Source: Peptococcaceae bacterium (lineage in GTDB: Bacteria > Bacillota > Desulfitobacteriia > Desulfitobacteriales > Syntrophobotulaceae). From it: 64,000 nucleotides of DNA. The first letter of the stretch is position 1; each line of letters starts with the position of its first letter. The stretch is from NCBI GenBank assembly GCA_012521215.1, contig JAAYMU010000045.1, positions 2,587-66,586 on the forward strand. Direction: 5' to 3'. The notes beneath the pieces are model-generated. The model searched no databases and had not been told where the DNA came from. It saw nothing but the letters and a program-made list of their open reading frames with translations. Below, in pieces: positions 63,137 through 64,000 of the stretch. The translations under genes and the position numbers were made by a program.

Positions 63137-64000
63137 TTAACCAATGTTTACCCCTATTTCGGACTGTGCTTCGCAAGGCAGTATTTTATTTTGAAGACCG
63201 GCACCTCCCACCAATACTTGTCCAAAATCGTGCAGCACCTTATCTACTTCTTCATTCCATTTTATGGTGCTGCAGTTTAGGCCCATACAATTTCTATAAC
63301 TGCTGTCACTTGCCGAAAATTGGATCCCGGGATTAAAAGACATTCCCAACTTCTTAGCTAAAGGAAAAAGCTGCCCCGTGTCAAATTCCCTTGGCAGTTC
63401 AACCCAGAGAAACTGCCCTCCTTGCGGATCAGTTATATGCGTACCTTCAGGAAAATAACGGGAGATTGAATTGCGAAAATTACAAATATTATCCTTATAT
63501 TGTATGCGCAGCCGGTGCAGATGCCTTCTCATACCACCATCCTGTAAAAAAGAAGCTACCGTCAACTGAACAACCAGAGGAGTAATTCTTAAAATAATTC
63601 GCTCCGCTTCTTCAGCATAGGGCCCGGCCGCCAGCCAAGCCACCCTAAATCCCGGGGTAAGAATCTTGCTGAAACTGCCTACATAAAAAACGTTGGCAGG
63701 CATAAAGGCTTTCAAAGGCATGGGGCGGGAAGAGCCGAAGTAGAGTTCCCCAAAGGTATCATCTTCAATAACCGGTAGTTTATAACGCAAGCAAACTTGA
63801 GTAAGTAATTCTTTTTTATGTTCCGGCATTAGTGCTCCGGTAGGCACTGAAAAATTTGGAGAAAGGAGAAGACAGGCGGGCCGGGTACCCTTTTTCAAAA
63901 CAGAAACCAATCTGTCCACATCCAAACCGCTTTGAGGGTCGGAGGGGATTTCCAAAGTTTTCAGTCCAAAAAAATTTAACAAATAATAAAAACCGGGGTA
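63137..64000 (-). CDS. COG1167 (MocR/ARO8-type) PLP-dependent aminotransferase-fold protein, C-terminal part (5' end outside window)
   Basis: VIEDDTFGELYF and VGSFSKILTPGFRVAWL (PLP lysine) are typical of MocR-family regulators and ARO8/LysN transaminases. The frame stays open to the window edge, so the TTG at 63982 in the track is not the true start. An N-terminal HTH cannot be seen. Confidence 0.8.
   Translation of the reverse strand, partial: YPGFYYLLNFFGLKTLEIPSDPQSGLDVDRLVSVLKKGTRPACLLLSPNFSVPTGALMPEHKKELLTQVCLRYKLPVIEDDTFGELYFGSSRPMPLKAFMPANVFYVGSFSKILTPGFRVAWLAAGPYAEEAERIILRITPLVVQLTVASFLQDGGMRRHLHRLRIQYKDNICNFRNSISRYFPEGTHITDPQGGQFLWVELPREFDTGQLFPLAKKLGMSFNPGIQFSASDSSYRNCMGLNCSTIKWNEEVDKVLHDFGQVLVGGAGLQNKILPCEAQSEIGVNIG

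Overview
This 64-kb window is core chromosome of an endospore-forming Firmicute, probably Clostridia (Peptococcaceae or Desulfitobacteriaceae-like, judged only from gene content and order). It is moderately AT-rich by eye, and almost all genes lie on the minus strand. From high to low coordinates on the minus strand it follows the classic Bacillus/Clostridium order. That order runs priA-def-fmt-rsmB-rlmN-(Ser/Thr signalling and cell-wall block)-rsgA-rpe-thiN, then rpmB(+), yloU-yloV-recG, gpr(+), rsmD, ylbJ(+), ackA and yceD-rpmF-plsX-acpP-rnc-smc-ftsY. It continues with an MTA-salvage cassette, ylxM-ffh-rpsP-KH-rimM-trmD, two inserted genes, rplS-rbgA-rnhB and a LysM/GH18 spore hydrolase. Spore markers are gpr, ylbJ, a YaaH-like hydrolase and a possible mini-SASP. 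I saw no rRNA, tRNA, CRISPR array, transposase, integrase or prophage genes. The only accessory-looking stretch is about 50.2-64 kb. It holds an alkA-DUF1848-yaiI operon, hsp20 and a PrcB-like lipoprotein. It also holds the most interesting block: a COG1167 (MocR/ARO8-type) gene, an MFS transporter, three tandem divergent enoate-reductase/2,4-dienoyl-CoA-reductase-type flavo-FeS enzymes and a URO-D-like protein, closed by a strong terminator. Other observations: a consensus sigma-G promoter followed by a terminator-like hairpin upstream of gpr (candidate forespore sRNA or attenuated leader); a 35-aa SASP-like ORF convergent with gpr; a PyrR attenuator before pyrP; a long hairpin upstream of rnc; an actinobacterial-type fhaA-fhaB-pstP-rodA-pbpA-pknB arrangement; and several short tandem duplications sitting exactly on stop codons. 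All product calls come from reading the translations and recognising motifs. No database search was run.
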